Shown: one piece after another, positions 42,441 through 56,515 of the stretch | How positions within the stretch are numbered: position 1 is the stretch's first letter | Layout of the letters: every line of letters begins with the position of its first letter | Assembly: GCA_030141605.1 (NCBI GenBank) | Contig: JAQGDQ010001023.1 | Span: forward strand, 1-64,000 | Direction of reading: 5' to 3' | Source: Tubiluchus corallicola | Taxonomy: Eukaryota > Animalia > Priapulida | DNA: 64,000 nt | Notes under the pieces: model-generated | What the model was told of the DNA's origin: nothing | Database searches by the model: none | What the model saw: only the letters and a program-made list of their open reading frames with translations | Made by a program: the position numbers and the translations under genes

Positions 42441-43829
42441 GCCCGTGAAGGGACATGGTGAAAAAATTTCAATTTGTATGATCTGTGCGAACGAAATACT
42501 AATCCATGTGCACGAAATACTGATCCGTGTGCACGAAATACTAATCCATGTGCACGAAATACTAATCCGTGTGCACGAATACTAATGCGTGTGCACGAAA
42601 TACTAATCCGTGTGCACGAAATACTAATCCGTGTTCACGAAATACTAATCCGTGTGCACGAAATACTAATCCGTGTGAACGAAATACTAATCCGTGTGCA
42701 CGAAATACTAATCCCTGTGCACGAAATACTAATCCATGTGCACGAAATACTAATCCGTGTGCACGAAATACTAATCCGTGTGCACGAAATACTAATCCAT
42801 GTGCAAGAAATACTAATCCGTGCGCAAGAAATACTAATCCGTGGTCACAAATGACTAATTCGTGTGCACAGATTCAGATTAATGTTTGACAACTGCTACA
42901 AGTAGCTACACCTCGCTTTATATCAGTTTTAAGAAAAGCTGAGTTAAACAAAATAGTTAGACTAACCAATGTGCGCAGTATCAGTTGCATATTTCTAGTC
43001 CAATGTGGTTTACCCTATTTTGCTCTGCATAACAGAAATTATTATTACCCCACTTTTACCCTAAATACCAAGTGCCAGGTAGAGCAACAGCAGGTACTAT
43101 TTTTAAAATCGTTGGTATGACCCGGCCGCAGTACTAAACTCAGAACCTCCAAGGCAGAAAAACGGCGCGTTACAATTAGAAAAACCATCTGGTCATGCAG
43201 TAGAATCGTCTGGTTCTACGAGTTATGAGAGGTATGAGTAACTCAATGTTAATCTTTTTCGCCTCTATGTGGTAGCCTTTAAAAGCCAAGGTACGCGTCT
43301 ACGCCATTAGCTCCTACAAATTAATGATTCATAATTCATTTTTTTGTGTGAATAAAAATGTGAAATTACAATACATAGAAAAGCGTGTATTCTGCAAATC
43401 ATAAAAAACAACTAATTTGCATTTCATTACAGAGTTACAAAGTAACTACACAGTAACTACAAATCACACTGTTGCTGATCACACTGTAGAATCAAAATTA
43501 AAAATATCTCCTAGATCGCCTAAGCTTTTATTATACTAGTTTTTCGCGTTGAATATTTAATGCATATTGTCATAATGCTCAATGCATAGAATAATATTAA
43601 TAATGCAATAGTACCCTTAACAAGTTAAATTTCACATTACTCAGTTCAGCGGATTGGTAATTCGTGGCCACGAATTAGTATTTCTTGCACATGGATTAGT
43701 ATTTCTTGCACATGGATTAGTATTATGTGCGCACGGATTAGTAGCTCGTACACACGGATTAGTAGCTCGTACGCACGGATTAGTATTTCGTGAATTAAAT
43801 TTTCTCACTATGTCCCTTCGGGGGCTCCC
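42441..43829. mobile_element. Foldback-type non-autonomous element with 21-bp tandem repeats in inverted arms
   Basis: Left GAAGGGACATGGTGAAAAAATTT then (CACGAAATACTAATCCGTGTG)n. Right arm is the inverted repeat array ending AAATTTTCTCACTATGTCCCTTC. Confidence 0.8.
43040..43180 (-). mobile_element. tRNA-derived SINE (Meta-SINE-like core)
   Basis: GGGTCATACCAACGATTTTAAAAATAGTACCTGCTGTTGCTCTACCTGGCAC core. Confidence 0.6.
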
Positions 43830-44456
43830 TACGATTCAGTTGGTAGCTTATGCCAAAACAAAATACGAACGTAAGTGCTTACCCTTATTCTTATATCTTA
43901 GATTATATTGTTCAATGATTTTTCATTGATTTTAGTCTCCAGTTACTTCAGTTAGTCCTAGCAGACGCCATATAGCGCAAAACTTTGACTAAACGTTAAG
44001 CCATCTTGGATTTTTGCAAAGCTTAAACTGTGGCAGCCGCCATGGAGCGTGATTGAGATGTTTGCAAATAAACCGACACGCAAGTAACTATTGCTCAGTA
44101 AACAGAGTTGGGAAAAGCGACACCTGTTGACAAAGATCGAAAATTCCCTTGATCAGCAACGAATTTTTATACCTCGTCTTATTGGTACAAAGATTTATTT
44201 TAAGGAATATTGACCTATATATCATTGAAGTGTTTAAGAGACTAAGTGTTCCTAATATCAATATAATATTGAATTGAACTGACGATGAGATTTGAGGTAA
44301 AAAAGAGCAACTTACAAGGCGGTTGTAAAGTTTCGAAACTCATCCGCTAGTGAAAGCGTGACATCACCCACCGATCTAAAACTGTTGTGTTGTAACTCTC
44401 TGAAAGTAATAATTATATTTAAAAGTTAATGACTAAATGTAACATCTATTTTGTGT

Positions 44457-44610
44457 AGTCAGTCAGTCAGTCAGTCAGTCAGGCAGTCAGTCAGTCAGTC
44501 AGTCAGTCAGTCAGTCAGTCAGTCAGTCAGTCAGTCAGTCAGTCAGTCAGTCAGTCAGTCAGTCAGTCAGTCAGTCAGTCAGTCAACCAGTCAGTCAACC
44601 AGTCAGTCAA
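44457..44610. repeat. (AGTC)n microsatellite
   Basis: Direct reading. Confidence 0.98.
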
Positions 44611-44871
44611 TCAGTCTCTCAGTCAGGTAGGCTGTCTGTCTGTCTATCAATCGTCTGATTATTATTCGGGTGGTCAGTCAATTAGTCGGTCAATTAATCT
44701 ATAAGCACAATAATTATAGCAAAGTTAATAAAATGTTTCTGCCATAGTCTTTCGTGTTGTGGTCCAAAATGACACAGTTATAATTATTATTATTATTTTT
44801 ATAGCGCAACATTTGATTGGCCATGGGAAAAATGCGCAAAATTTTTACCATCTACTGTTTGAGCAGAACTA

Positions 44872-45326
44872 CCGTATTTTCCCGTCTATAAGAGACCCTT
44901 TTTTGCTCAGAATTTTCACTTTAAAAATAGGGGGTCTCTTATACATGGGAGTAAGTCTTTTCAATAAGATGCATAAATTGTGACACTAATGATTTTAAAG
45001 AAATAAGTGCTCTACAACTGTTTTGCGTGTCGCGTTCGACTATGAAGCGGTTGTAAGCAATACAAGCATCATGACACGGGCATTATCTCCTCGTTTTCTC
45101 TTTTCCTGTTACAGGTTTGCAGGTACGCACTTTAATATATACCAGTACTCTTTTTCTACAACACATTAACTGGTTTTATTTTGTTTTCAGTACCGCACTG
45201 AGTTGAAAAAAGTTGTACTTTACCCTCTAAAAATGTCCGTCTGAAAAAACTTTTTTCCAGAATTTTTGCCTAAAAATTGAAGGGGTCTCTTATACAAAAG
45301 GGTCTCTTATACACGGGAAAATACGG
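44872..45326. mobile_element. Tc2/pogo-like (Tc1-mariner superfamily) MITE
   Basis: TIR CCGTATTTTCCCGT(C/G)TATAAGAGACCC at both ends, flanked by TA. Confidence 0.88.
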
Positions 45327-45352
45327 TATTTGTGTTTACCTAGTTCACTTAC

Positions 45353-45430
45353 AGTTTAATATTCTCTGAAATAGTGAAGTTTTCAAAGGAGTTTCCTGGC
45401 AGCTTCTTTAGCAAAGAGTTTCTCAAAAAA
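45353..45430 (-). CDS. Host LRR gene exon (78 bp, first LRR)
   Basis: cttttgttgcag| ... |gtaagt, phase 2-2. Translates (I)FLRNSLLKKLPGNSFENFTISENIK(L). Confidence 0.8.
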
Positions 45431-45630
45431 CTGCAACAAAAGATGAACGGAAATTAGGTGTCGGGTGCGCAAACAGTGAATAATAATAAAATCTGTGGAA
45501 TTATTAAGCTTCTACGTACAATTATAGCAATAATAGAAAGCTCTTGAAAAGAGTGTCGGATTTGGTGAACAACTTGCCATTTAGAAATAAGGACTAAAAA
45601 TTAGAAGCTAAAGCAGTAAAACAGCTCTAG

Positions 45631-45847
<217 letters not shown>

Positions 45848-45996
45848 TATCTTTCTATCTCTCTTGTCCTGTCTCTTCACCACTACTATAATTGCATAAT
45901 TGCCAGGAACTTCACTCTCACTATCATCACGATTCTTCATCATCATCACCATCATCATAGTCACCGTCGTCGTCACCGTCACCGTCATTGTCGTCG

Positions 45997-46039
<43 letters not shown>

Positions 46040-46716
46040 TTTTAGTGAAGTATATTATCGAATCAGAGTACAAAAGCAGTGTTTTCCTGTTCTTACAAAG
46101 CAGATAATTATAACGCCAGACTTCACGATCGTAGGTGCAATTTATTGCCAACAAGCATCGTTTAAGCGAGCAGAGCATAAAGCTTTATTATTATGGAGCC
46201 CTAATTGGACGTCTTGAAAAGAACGCCTCTATTGCATTCCAAATTGACGTGATTGTACGTTGTGCTGATGAGGCAGATCAGTGCGTCGCTGAACACTGTG
46301 ATTTAAGCGAAAACATGAAGTCTGTCCTAAGTAAATGATCAACGTGGTTAGAACAAGTAACCCTGTAGGCATCAGGTATGTCGGGGAAATGTCCAATACT
46401 GTACGGTAAGAAATGGTGAGGCTCAGAAATTAACGCTTCTAAAACGTCAATGAATATAATCAGTAAAACGCGTAGAGTGTCGACAGTAAATAAAGGTCAC
46501 AATAGAATAATTGTGATTTCGCGTGTGGTATGTGTTGTGCTTAACATATTAATATCTCAACATAAAGCACAGTGCAACTCACAAGATTTTTCGTTGATAT
46601 TTACCTGCTGGTGCCTTCGATGTAATTCAATTCAAATTTTTATTTTTGTAACTAGGACCATATGAAATACAAATACAATACTAAAATAAAATACAATGAA
46701 ATAAAAATTACAAGAG

Positions 46717-46786
<70 letters not shown>

Positions 46787-47487
46787 CAGGGTTAGCAAAT
46801 TAAAAGCTAAACAAATTTTAGATGTTAATTATGTAATAATAGGTTCCATTTCACAAAAAAGCAAGAATTGCCAAGTCTTAATAATATCTCAAGGGTTAAT
46901 AATATCTGTCTTATCCGTTTGTCCTTAATCTTTCTATGTGAATCTTTGTCTGGTGGTACTTCACACGGCAGCTCAAAACGTTTTCACCTAGTAGTTTTAA
47001 AGTCGTTTTAGGAAGCAATTTGAAACAATTTTTAAACAGTTTTGCAGTAAAATCGTTTGAGCGCGTGACGTAAGCAATGCATACAAGAGCGTCCTCTGAA
47101 TGTTTGTTTCAAAACTGCACAGAAAGCGTGCGAACTGAGCGCATGCGCAAAGTTGAGTAAAATGGGTATACATTTTGCACTTTTTTCACACGCTAAACTT
47201 TCACACGTTCATTGGACAAACAAGCAGAAGACACGTGGTTATCAATGTTGATGTCACATCTTTCAAAGGATTTTGCTGCAAAAATGTTTGAAAACAGCGT
47301 TTCAAGCTGCCTCCCAAGCTGCCTCCCAAGCGGATTCAAAGTGGTTTGGTGAAAACACATTCAAAAGTGTTGGTCTGCAGCGTGTACATTGAAACCCGTT
47401 TTAAAATTCTTTACATTTGCAGTGTGAAAAGAGCATTAGAAAATTCCCACTTTCCACTGGGGTTTGCAATTGCATGCTGTATATTTT

Positions 47488-48820
47488 GTATACACCTTGC
47501 ACACATGCCAAGTGTGTACACCTTGCACACATGCCGGCTGTATACACCTTGCACACATGCCAAGTGTGCACACCTTGCACACATGCCGAGCGTATACACC
47601 TTGCACGCATGCCGAGTGTATACACCTTGCACACATGCCGAGTGTATACACCTTGCACACATGCCGAGTGTGCACACCTTGCACACATGCCGAGTGTGTA
47701 CACCTTGCACGCATGCCGAGTGTATACACCTTGCACGCATGCCGAGTGTATACACCTTGCACGCATGCCGAGTGTGTACACCTTGCACGCATGCCGAGTG
47801 TATACACCTTGCACGCATGCCGAGTGTATACACCTTGCACGCATGCCGAGTGTATACACCTTGCACGCATGCCGAGTGTATACACCTTGCACGCATGCCG
47901 AGTGTATACACCTTGCACGCATGCCGAGTGTATACACCTTGCACACATGACGAGTGTATACACCTTGCACGCATGCCGAGTGTATACACCTTGCACACAT
48001 GCCGAGTGTATACACTTTGCACGCATGCCGAGTGTGCACACCTTGCACACATGCCGAGTGTATACACCTTGCACACATGCCGAGTGTGTACACCTTGCAC
48101 ACATGCCGAGTGTGTACACCTTGCACGCATGCCGAGTGTATACACCTTGCACGCATGCCGAGTGTGTACACCTTGCACGCATGCCGAGTGTATACACCTT
48201 GCACGCATGCCGAGTGTATACACCTTGCACACATGCCGAGTGTATACACCTTGCACGCATGCCGAGTGTATACACCTTGCACGCATGCCGAGTGTATACA
48301 CCTTGCACGCATGCCGAGTGTGCACACCTTGCACACATGCCGAGTGTGCACACCTTGCACGCATGCCGAGTGTATACACCTTGCACGCATGCCGAGTGTA
48401 TACACCTTGCACACATGACGAGTGTATACACCTTGCACACATGCCGAGTGTGCACACCTTGCACACATGCCGAGTGTATACACCTTGCACGCATGCCGAG
48501 TGTATACACCTTGCACGCATGCCGAGTGTATACACCTTGCACACATGCCGAGTGTGCACACCTTGCACACATGCCGAGTGTATACACCTTGCACACATGC
48601 CGAGTGTGCACACCTTGCACACATGCCGAGTGTGCACACCTTGCACACATGCCGAGTGTATACACCTTGCACACATGCCGAGTGTGTACACCTTGCACGC
48701 ATGCCGAGTGTGTACACCTTGCACGCATGCCGAGTGTATACACCTTGCACACATGCCGAGTGTATACACCTTGCACACATGACGAGTGTATACACCTTGC
48801 ACACATGCCGAGTGTGTACA
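47488..48820. repeat. 26-bp minisatellite
   Basis: Unit GCCGAGTGTATACACCTTGCAC(G/A)CAT. Confidence 0.97.
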
Positions 48821-49279
48821 TATCTTAGTAAAGATAATCATTATTGGTAAAAATTTGTTGTAGGCTACAATGATTTGCTTAAAAGTTCTTAAGCTTGTTA
48901 CAGTTGAACTAGTTTACGTTTATGTAAGAAAGTATCCGTTTTATTTAACCACTTAATAGCGGTCTAAATAAGAGACTTTACACCATTATCAATATTGATT
49001 ATCTTTATATTTATATTAGACTATTTATTTAATTCGGTCATAAATTACAAGTACATTTACAATTATAATTACAAAAAATATCTAAAATATATTCATTAAG
49101 AAACAAATACGAGTGTAAAACAATTCATTCAGTCGACGTGTATCATTTTTACCATCATTTTGAATGTGCGGTCTTGTTTCAGTTGTATATAGCTAAACGC
49201 CTGAACTAAACGAATGTCAAATATATAGTCAAACACATAGTCCAAAGACAACACCATAAGTAGCCCAATACATATTTCC

Positions 49280-49446
49280 AACGTGGTCCAGGTTATTATT
49301 AGTCGCACGTTACTTCGATAAACCCGCGTGCTTGGTTGAAGAACCAGCGTACCATTTTTTGAGTCTTTGGTACGCCACGGTTGGCAATTGAAACCTTGAC
49401 CTTCTTGATGCGAAGCGAGCACGCTACCATTGAGCTACACCTGCCA
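49280..49446 (-). mobile_element. tRNA-derived SINE (Meta-SINE-like core)
   Basis: A box GTAGCTCAATGGTAG, degenerate B box, then TACCAAAGACTCAAAAAATGGTAC. Confidence 0.65.
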
Positions 49447-49529
49447 AGATGTCTGAGTTCAGAATACATTTTACATAGAAGTTTCGTGAATTTTGTAACC
49501 ATAACATCCAAGTAAGGGATATTGTCTAG

Positions 49530-50155
49530 TATTGTAATCGCACTGTATTTACCTGACAATGTTTAGCACTGTAATCGCACTGCATTTACCTGACAATGTT
49601 TAGTACTGTAATCGCACTGTATTTACCTGACAATGTTTAGCACTGTAATCGCACTGTATTTACCGGACAATGTTTAGCACTGTAATCGCACTGCATTTAC
49701 CTGACAATGTTTAGTACTGTAATCGCACTGCATTTACCTGACAATGTTTAGTACTGTAATCGCACTGTATTTACCTGACAATGTTTAGCACTGTAATCGC
49801 ACTGCATTTACCTGACAATGTTTAGTACTGTAATCGCACTGTATTTACCTGACAATGTTTAGCACTGTAATCGCACTGCATTTACCTGACAATGTTTAGT
49901 ACTGTAATCGCACTGTATTTAATTGACAATGTTTAGCACTGTAATCGCACTGCATTTACCTGACAATGTTTAGTACTGTAATCGCACTGCATTTACCTGA
50001 CAATGTTTAGTACTGTAATCGCACTGTATTTACCTGACAATGTTTAGCACTGTAATCGCACTGCATTTACCTGACAATGTTTAGCGTGTAATTACACTGC
50101 ATTTACCGGACAATGTTTAACACTGCAATCACACTGTATTTACCGACTAATGTCT
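49530..50155. repeat. 37-bp minisatellite
   Basis: Unit GCACTGTAATCGCACTG(T/C)ATTTACCTGACAATGTTTA. Confidence 0.97.
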
Positions 50156-50662
50156 AGATCAAAGTAAGCTGCTAAGATAACTAGAAGATTTTGAATTAAC
50201 GTTTCATGCTCTGTGTTGGAACGTTGGAAAGAATCATCGGAACACCGAGTTGAGTCACTTTGCAACTCATATTTCGCAAAATCAATATTTATAGGTGAAA
50301 TCTAAAAATCTTCATATTGCAAAAAACCCACTGAAATCTCGGCTGTTATCACAAGACATAATGCGCTTTTTCTCGTTTCTTGCATCAATAACGCGTGAAG
50401 TAAATATTGTGTACACGGAAATTTTGAGCTTGGAAATGATATTTGCGAGTCACTGAATTGGGTGCTGGAAATACTGCTCACGTATGTTAGTAGAATGATT
50501 TGTAATGAACACATGTAGTCACAATAAACCACTCAGAACATCTCGATTCTGCTTGAATCTTTTAGCTAAGTTGTTTTTGGAATTTATAAAGCAATGAACA
50601 AATAATTTCCGAAACAAGCAGAAATATTCTGTTTGAAATCGGGTAGTTTTGTTGGTTGATGC

Positions 50663-51439
50663 TGAAAAGTTATGAAACACTGAAGTTTCACCATTCATCC
50701 AATAAATAGAAGCATGAAAAGTTATGAAACACTGAAGTTTCACCATTCATCCAATAAATAGAAGCATGAAAAGTTATGAAACACTGAAGTTTCACCATTC
50801 ATCCAATAAATAGAAGCATGAAAAGTTATGAAACACTGAAGTTTCACCGTTCATCCAATAAATAGAAGCATGAAAAGTTATGAAACACTGAAGTTTCACC
50901 ATTCATCCAATAAATAGAAGCTGAAAAGTTATGAAACACTGAAGTTTCACCATTCATCCAATAAATAGAAGCATGAAAAGTTATGAAACACTGAAGTTTC
51001 ACCATTCATCCAATAAATAGAAGCTGAAAAGTTATGAAACACTGAAGTTTCACCATTCATCCAATAAATAGAAGCTGAAAAGTTATGAAACACTGAAGTT
51101 TCGCCATTCATCCAATAAATAGAAGCTGAAAAGTTATGAAACACTGAAGTTTCACCGTTCATCCAATAAATAGAAGCATGAAAAGTTATGAAACACTGAA
51201 GTTTCACCGTTCATCCAATAAATAGAAGCATGAAAAGTTATGAAACACTGAAGTTTCACCATTCATCCAATAAATAGAAGCATGAAAAGTTATGAAACAC
51301 TGAAGTTTCACCGTTCATCCAATAAATAGAAGCATGAAAAGTTATGAAACACTGAAGTTTCACCGTTCATCCAATAAATAGAAGCATGAAAAGTTATGAA
51401 ACACTGAAGTTTCACCATTCATCCAATAAATAGAAGCAT
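50663..51439. repeat. 51/52-bp minisatellite
   Basis: Unit GAAAAGTTATGAAACACTGAAGTTTCACCATTCATCCAATAAATAGAAGC(A)T. Confidence 0.97.
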
Positions 51440-52055
51440 ACTTAATAGGCGCTAATAGTAATGCTTTATATATTGCTACAACAGTTTTCAAATTTAATCC
51501 TTTGTAATCTAATGAACATTTGTTTTTAATACAAAACTATGTGCTCCAAACAAATTTTTTAACTGATTCAACGTGCTTTGCAAAATTCATATTCTTATCA
51601 ATTACAACATCTAACATAGTGCTGCAGTCAACATTACAGATATCTTTGTTACTAGTTTTTAGGTCACTTGTCTGACTGAGGATGCGTTCATCCCAACCAA
51701 TAGGTATAAGCTCTGTTTTATTAGGAGAGGTGTTTATATCTAGTCTCCACTTACGACACCACAAATAAATTTCAGCGCAACACTTTGTGCTACAGTATAG
51801 CAATTGTCAGAGGTTTCCTCACCTACAACAATTATCGGTAAAACTTATAAACATCAATATTATTAGTAATCATTTTAATAACATCAAACGTACTTGAAAC
51901 ATATACAATAAACAAGAGGGGCAAAATTTCAGAGCCTTGTGGGGTTCCAATGCTACACTTAACGTCACCAGACAAACATTTACCTATTTTCAGATTTACA
52001 GTTCTATTGTAGAGGAAGTCCTTTATTAAACTAAGGAAGTTTTCTTTGATGTTTG
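51440..52055 (-). mobile_element. Degenerate RT fragment, same LINE family as 27720-30020
   Basis: GTPQGSEILPLLFIVYV, WCRKWRLDINTSPNKTE, IDKNMNFAKHV parallel the motifs of the larger copy. Confidence 0.85.
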
Positions 52056-52789
52056 CTTGAAGTAGTTGATATGGCACCACCCGCTATGACGTCTGCTTGA
52101 AGTAGTTGATATGGCACCACCCGCTATCAAATGCCTTTTTGAAGTCACAGCAGACAGCCAGAGACAGGAGAATGAAAAAGAGAGACACGCAGATAGAGAA
52201 GCAATCAAATATCATGCACTCACTTTTATTCACTCACAGCGATTATGTTCTTTCACATCTTTCACATTCACAGGGCAAACCTGATCCAGTCGTATATTAA
52301 AACACACTATTCGTATGAATGCATCGCAAGGATTATTGCCATTTTGAAAGCAGCAAGCGTTGAATATTACAAAGCGAGTCGCAATTTCTTTGTTCTTCTA
52401 AACTATTCAGAACATAATAAATGCATTCTGGGGAACTTATTGAACGTAAGACCTAGCTTTATTATCAACTTCCTTTCTTCCAAGTCTTAGATGTAGTAAC
52501 ATTAATGATTGTCCTGATTTAATCAGTCGACACCAGATGGCTGCACGGTGTGTTATCATTTATTTTCTTACATGACACGTTTGTTTCTTCTCTCACGACC
52601 GGCTCAAACGATACAGTTTAGCCATTGATAAAGTTATATACCAACTAACTGAACCTCGAAATTAGACGTTTGTACAATTTGACGTTTAAAGAGTGTCTAT
52701 TCAAAGGAGTAAAAATGGTTTCAAAATTAGTATAAATCTCAAGTATAGTAAAACTAATGCAAGCTTTTTTGTTTATCCAAGGAAATAAC

Positions 52790-53570
52790 ATACACATAGA
52801 TATCTATAGACATGGATAATAACAGATAACAGATATAGATAATAGACAAAATGTAGACATAGACATAGATAGTGCACATAGATAACAAACAGAGATGTAG
52901 ACATAGACATAGATGACAGACAGAGATGTAGATATAGACATAGATAATAGACAAAAATGTAGACATAGACATAGATAATGCACATAGATAACAGACAGAG
53001 ATGTAGACATAGACATAGATAGTGCACATAGATAACAAACAGAGATGTAGACATAGACATAGATGACAGACAGAGATGTAGATATAGACATAGATAATAG
53101 ACAAAAATGTAGACATAGACATAGATAATGCACATAGATAACAGACAGAGATGTAGACATAGACATAGATAGTGCACATAGATAACAAACAGAGATGTAG
53201 ACATAGACATAGATGACAGACAGAGATGTAGATATAGACATAGATAATAGACAAAAATGTAGACATAGACATAGATAATGCACATAGATAACAGACAGAG
53301 ATGTAGACATAGACATAGATAATGCACATAGATAACAGACAGAGATGTAGACATAGACATAGATAACAGACAAAGATGTAGACATAGACATAGATAATGC
53401 ACATAGATAACAGACAAAGATGTAGACATAGACATAGATAATGCACATAGATAACAGACAAAGATGTAGACATAGACATAGATAATGCACATAGATAACA
53501 GACAAAGATGTAGACATAGACATAGATAATGCACATAGATAACAGACAAAGATGTGGACATATATAGAGA
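52790..53570. repeat. Compound GATA/GACA-derived satellite with higher-order structure
   Basis: Blocks of GATGTAGACATAGACATAGATAATGCACATAGATAACAGACA. Confidence 0.92.
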
Positions 53571-54519
53571 TAATAGAAACAGGCAGAGACAGAGACGTCG
53601 ACATAGAGATTTTTTAATAGGTTTGATTTACGAAATAATTCAAATCATATTTCTGTTTCCACAAAAAGTTATAGTTTGCCAGAAAAACACAAAAAAAATA
53701 AATCACATACTTATAATTTGCAGTTTATTTTTTGTTCGGTTGTTTGCTGCGTTTTGTCGCGAGTCGCAGCTGGTCGCACGCGACTGCACGAATTTATTCA
53801 TTGCAGCTTTCTGGTCAATTATTCAATAACAATGGTTTGTCAAGGGCAGATGGTGTTTGCTTAAGCCACTGACGAAGTGTGGACAACTGATTGAATTAGT
53901 ATCGCCTATCATGCTCTCTATTAATTATCAGCAAACAGTTGTCATACTTGGATTTTCAAACAGCAAACGTTCCGATTTCGGTCACTATGTTCAATGAAGG
54001 CGTTTGGTAAGTCAAATTCGCGTTTCGCACCAAAAACTCGAAAATTATTAGATATTAACTGACCTGACAGAATATCCAATGATACCGCTGTACCCACGCA
54101 TGAGCTCACCAATGTGTGAATTACATCACAACTGAACACCACTGAACTGGGATGTACAGCATCGGTTTTTTTTCTGCAACGCATTTCTGAGATGCAGGCG
54201 CTAGTGCCCATCTAATTAGCGAATGGTGAAAGGCATATAAATAACTAGTGGCGCGAATTGTGTGGTAACATTTTTTCACTTGAATCACTTTTTAAAAACT
54301 AGCAAGTACCCCATAGTTACTGCCGAGGTAGCGCTAATGTAGCAACTGCTTAACCACGATTCTCTTTACATGATTTCATTTATTTACGTATTTTGTTCAC
54401 AATTAATAGTAAAATGTTATAAAGACAGTATAGATAAAACATGTTGATAAAATGTATGCAAAAACAATATTTACAAGAGCGTAATAAAAGTACACTATAA
54501 CAAAAGAAATTTCTTAGAG

Positions 54520-54775
54520 TTCAAAAGTGAATGTCCGAAGATTAAGATGCCTAGGACATCCTCTAAGATTACCATATGAAGCTCCAGTAGGAATGGCTCA
54601 AAAGGAAGCCTTGAAATCTGGCAAAAAACCATCTGGCAAACCTAAAACAACTTGGATAGCTAAGATAAATTAAGATGTTAAACAACTTCAACCAAATCTA
54701 TCTTTAAGAGTAGAAGAACTTAAGCTGTTAGCTGCAGATAGAAGTGGGTTAAATTTTCTAATAAATCTTGATACC
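54520..54775 (+). mobile_element. RTE-clade LINE 3' fragment
   Basis: RLRCLGHPLRLPYEAP...GKKPSGKPKTTWIAKIN*DVKQL...LAADRSG. Confidence 0.7.
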
Positions 54776-56395
54776 TCAATGCCTACAATAGGTGGAATGA
54801 GATTTTGAAGAAGATCAAACCACATGAACGACTTATGTGTGCCTATATGGTACAAGTCTTCATGACTGTTATGTGTGCTTCGATGTCTAACAGTCAAACT
54901 AATAATTTCCATACCATAGCAGTGAAACCATCCAGGGATAAAACACGCACACACTAAGTCAGGGTTTACAGTCACAAGCTCATATGTAAGCCATATTACA
55001 TTCGTTATGTTGCGATTTAGAATCAACAGCTATAATTATGTTTATAATGCGCGATGAGTTTAAGACAGGTCGCTACTGTAAGGCTACGTAAACTGCCCAG
55101 GCCAGAATTAACTAACCGATAACAACACAATCTTCATAAACCGAAAAGATTCTTCAAACGCTTATAGCTTACGTATGACGACAAATTAATAACGTCTTAC
55201 ATTGATGAACAAAGCTATTAATCGAATGTAAAAAGGACGGGATAGAGTTCTCTTGTCAAATGAGATTTCTCTTTTTGAAACTCTCTATGTAGATCTTGTC
55301 CGTTTAGTTGACCTACTTGCCATCCAGTGGACGTATCTTGATCTTGTATGATTCTAGCAAACAAGTGAAATTTAGTACTTCGTTTAGCAGAGGTTTCACA
55401 GTGAGCGAAGAGTTGAAAACCATTTATATGGTAAGTAGTGTTTTTGGTAAGAAGATCGTCTTCTAAGTGTTTGACTGTTTTATCATCGTTGTCGTCGTCG
55501 TCATCATCATCACCATCACATCACTACTATCATCATCGTCATCATGATCATCATCACCACCACCATCATCATGACTGCCATGGCATGGTGAAGTTCACAG
55601 TTGTTTTCCGAGTGTACACACAAGTTTCATTTCACGCCTCTATCCTGAACACAAACTCCTGTATCAAAAGCCCAGTTTTCAGTGCGCAATAACGATATTC
55701 TTCCTGTTTAATTCGATGTCTTTTATGGACACTCACGGTTTTCAAATTGTCTTGCAAAATGGTAAATCTTGGATATCAAAAATTTTGTTCAGCAATTGAA
55801 ACTAGATTGCCGTTTTCGCTTGGCAAATTCTTCAAATGAGAAAACGTTTGCGAGGGAAATTGTGCAGCCAAGTAGAAGTTGATGAAATGTCCACAGTTCA
55901 CGCTCCTGGGAATGAACTAAATTTGTTTCTTAACATTTCTCTTTAAATAGCAGAGCTAAAAACGTTTATCGGTTATCTGACTCATGGTTTAATGGCCAAT
56001 TGTAAACAGTCATAATTTGATGACAGAATCCGACATATTTATTACTTCAAAATAATATAATGCGTTTATTATATTATAATATGTGATGAATAAAGCGTCT
56101 CAACTTTGCTGGAGTTATTTCTGGAATATAAATTTTACATGCACAGTGAATACTTCTTTTTTTAAATAAATGTAATCAATGGACAAAATTGTACTATTTG
56201 TATTAATTTAGAATTAGCATGAAATATTGATCATTAAAGCACTAATTGTGTGCAAAGTAAACAGACAATATAAGAATTATTTACTATGTGGTGTTTAAAC
56301 TGCAAACACTCGCACAAGGTAATGCTTATATTGCCTAAATTTTATACATACATGTACATTTCAAGCATTAATGTTATAGTCTTACGTTAATCACA

Positions 56396-56515
56396 GTCTA
56401 CGGCCATATCACGTTGAAAACACCTGTTCTCGTTTGATCACCGAAGTTAAGCAACGTAGACCCTGGTTAGTACTTGGATGGATGACCGCCTAGGAATACC
56501 AGGTGCTGTAGGCTT
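56396..56515 (+). pseudogene. 5S rRNA-like sequence (head of the SINE, not a canonical 5S gene)
   Basis: 120 nt matching the metazoan 5S pattern, including box A (gaagttaagc) and box C (ggatggatgacc). Single copy, no T-run. Confidence 0.75.

Noticed and set aside
54688-55026. ORF containing NPDLVCACFI, resembling gene A LRRCT
   Set aside because: Lacks the W..DC pattern, matching acceptor and hydrophobic tail; partly antisense to an RTE relic. Probably chance.
56396-56515. Functional 5S rRNA gene
   Set aside because: Solitary, no oligo-T terminator, and continues into a body with a (CAA)n tail typical of a SINE.
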